Assembly (NCBI GenBank): GCA_002269645.1
Contig: NIVC01003415.1
Location: forward strand, 1 to 64,000
DNA length: 64,000 nucleotides
From: Macrostomum lignano
Lineage: Eukaryota
Direction: 5' to 3'
The notes below the pieces were generated by a model. It saw nothing but the letters and a program-made list of their open reading frames with translations, had not been told where the DNA came from and did not search any database. This document shows, in pieces, positions 62,601-64,000 of this stretch (position 1 is its first letter; every line of letters begins with the position of its first letter). The position numbers and the translations under genes were made by a program.

Positions 62601-64000
62601 AGCCCAACCCCATCCCCAGGTGTACATTCCCAACTACACGAAGCCCAACCCCCATCCCCAGGTGTACATTCCCAACTACACGAAGCCCAACCCCATCCCC
62701 AGGTGTATATTCCCAACTGCACAAAGCCCAACCCCCATCCCCAGGTGTGCATTCCCAACTACACGAAGCCCAACCCCCATCCCCAGGTGTACATTCCCAA
62801 CTGCACAAAGCCCAACCCCATCCCCAGGTGTGCATTCCCAACTGCACAAAGCCCAACCCCATCCCCAGGTGTGCATTCCCAACTACACGAAGCCCAACCC
62901 CCATCCCCAGGTGTACATTCCCAACTACACGAAGCCCAACCCCCATCCCCAGGTGTACATTCCCAACTACACGAAGCCCAACCCCATCCCCAGGTGTATA
63001 TTCCCAACTGCACAAAGCCCAACCCCCATCCCCAGGTGTGCATTCCCAACTACACGAAGCCCAACCCCCATCCCCAGGTGTACATTCCCAACTGCACAAA
63101 GCCCAACCCCATCCCCAGGTGTACATTCCCAACTGCACAAAGCCCAACCCCCATCCCCAGGTGTGCATTCCCAACTACACGAAGCCCAACCCCCATCCCC
63201 AGGTGTACATTCCCAACTGCACAAAGCCCAACCCCATCCCCAGGTGTGCATTCCCAACTGCACAAAGCCCAACCCCATCCCCAGGTGTGCATTCCCAACT
63301 ACACGAAGCCCAACCCCCATCCCCAGGTGTACATTCCCAACTACACGAAGCCCAACCCCATCCCCAGGTGTACATTCCCAACTGCACAAAGCCCAACCCC
63401 ATCCCCAGGTGTGCATTCCCAACTACACGAAGCCCAACCCCATCCCCAGGTGTGCATTCCCAACTGCACAAAGCCCAACCCCATCCCCAGGTGTACATTC
63501 CCAACTACACGAAGCCCAACTCCCATCCCCAGGTGTACATTCCCAACTGCACGAAGCCCAACCCCATCCCCAGGTGTACATTCCCAACTGCACAAAGCCC
63601 AACTCCCATCCCCAGGTGTACATTCCCAACTGCACGAAGCCCAACCCCATCCCCAGGTGTACATTCCCAACTACACGAAGCCCAACCCCATCCCCAGGTG
63701 TACATTCCCAACTACACGAAGCCAACCCCATCCCCAGGTGTACATTCCCAACTACACGAAGCCCAACCCCATCCCCAGGTGTACATTCCCAACTGCACGA
63801 AGCCCAACCCCCTTCTCCAGGTGTACATTCCCAACTGCACGAAGCCCAACCCCCTTCTCCAGGTGTACATTCCCAACTATACGAAGCCAAATCCCGGCGT
63901 GCTGTACAATCGGCCGGAGCTGCCGGGCTCCAGCCGCTGCTGCGAGAGCTGCTCAGGCACTGCCACCTCCAACGGTCAGTGGTTCGCCTGGGGCCCCCCG
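56653..64000 (+). CDS. MTA1: Metastasis-associated (MTA1/2/3) family NuRD subunit (BAH-ELM2-SANT-GATA), 3'-partial
   Basis: Exons 56653-56680 (MAANMYRVG), 58721-58882, 59776-60314, 60954-61259 and 63863->64000, with phases 1, 1, 0, 0. Motifs: [79 protein letters not shown] and CESC...WFAWGPP. Confidence 0.97.
59385..59650. repeat. ~20-bp minisatellite (GTGAGACTGGCAAATAGACA) in MTA intron 2
   Basis: About 12 imperfect copies. Confidence 0.9.
60400..60830. repeat. GGGATT-based degenerate array in MTA intron 3
   Basis: Repeated GGGATTAGGATTCGGAACCT and GGGATTCGGGATCT units. Confidence 0.88.
61355..63895 (+). repeat. 41/42-bp minisatellite made of 3' splice site + first 10 codons of the next MTA exon, about 60 copies
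   Basis: Unit CCCCATCCCCAG|GTGTACATTCCCAACTACACGAAGCCCAAC. The last copy continues into the GATA-finger coding sequence. Confidence 0.97.

Noticed and set aside
61328-63890. Many minus-strand MGMYTWGWG ORFs
   Set aside because: They are antisense translations of the MTA junction array.

Overview
Eukaryotic (animal) genomic DNA with GC-rich exons, GT-AG introns and many intronic minisatellites. The style resembles a repeat-rich flatworm such as Macrostomum, but this is inference only. Seven spliced genes could be rebuilt with consistent intron phases: a nephrin/SYG-2-like Ig+FN3+TM receptor (+, 1.4-14.6 kb, 5' end probably outside the window); a divergent Bicaudal-C-like KH protein (-); a DENN-domain Rab GEF (-); cohesin RAD21 (-); a band 4.1/FERM protein (+); a divergent K50 PRD-class homeobox gene (-); and an MTA-family NuRD subunit (+, runs off the right end). 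Mobile elements include 8-bp-TSD MITEs, a tRNA-derived SINE with a 12-bp TSD and Helitron-like pieces. The most striking pattern is that many tandem arrays are amplifications of the host gene's own splice signals. In MTA, 3' splice site plus the codons for [10 protein letters not shown] is repeated about 60 times. A 4.35-kb 35-bp array fuses to the FN3 exon and puts a stop before the TM exon. A branch-point-like 15-mer array ends exactly at an acceptor. Two copies of one repeat also differ by one-directional CpG loss, which suggests a local methylation boundary. All coordinates were counted by hand and no database searches were run.
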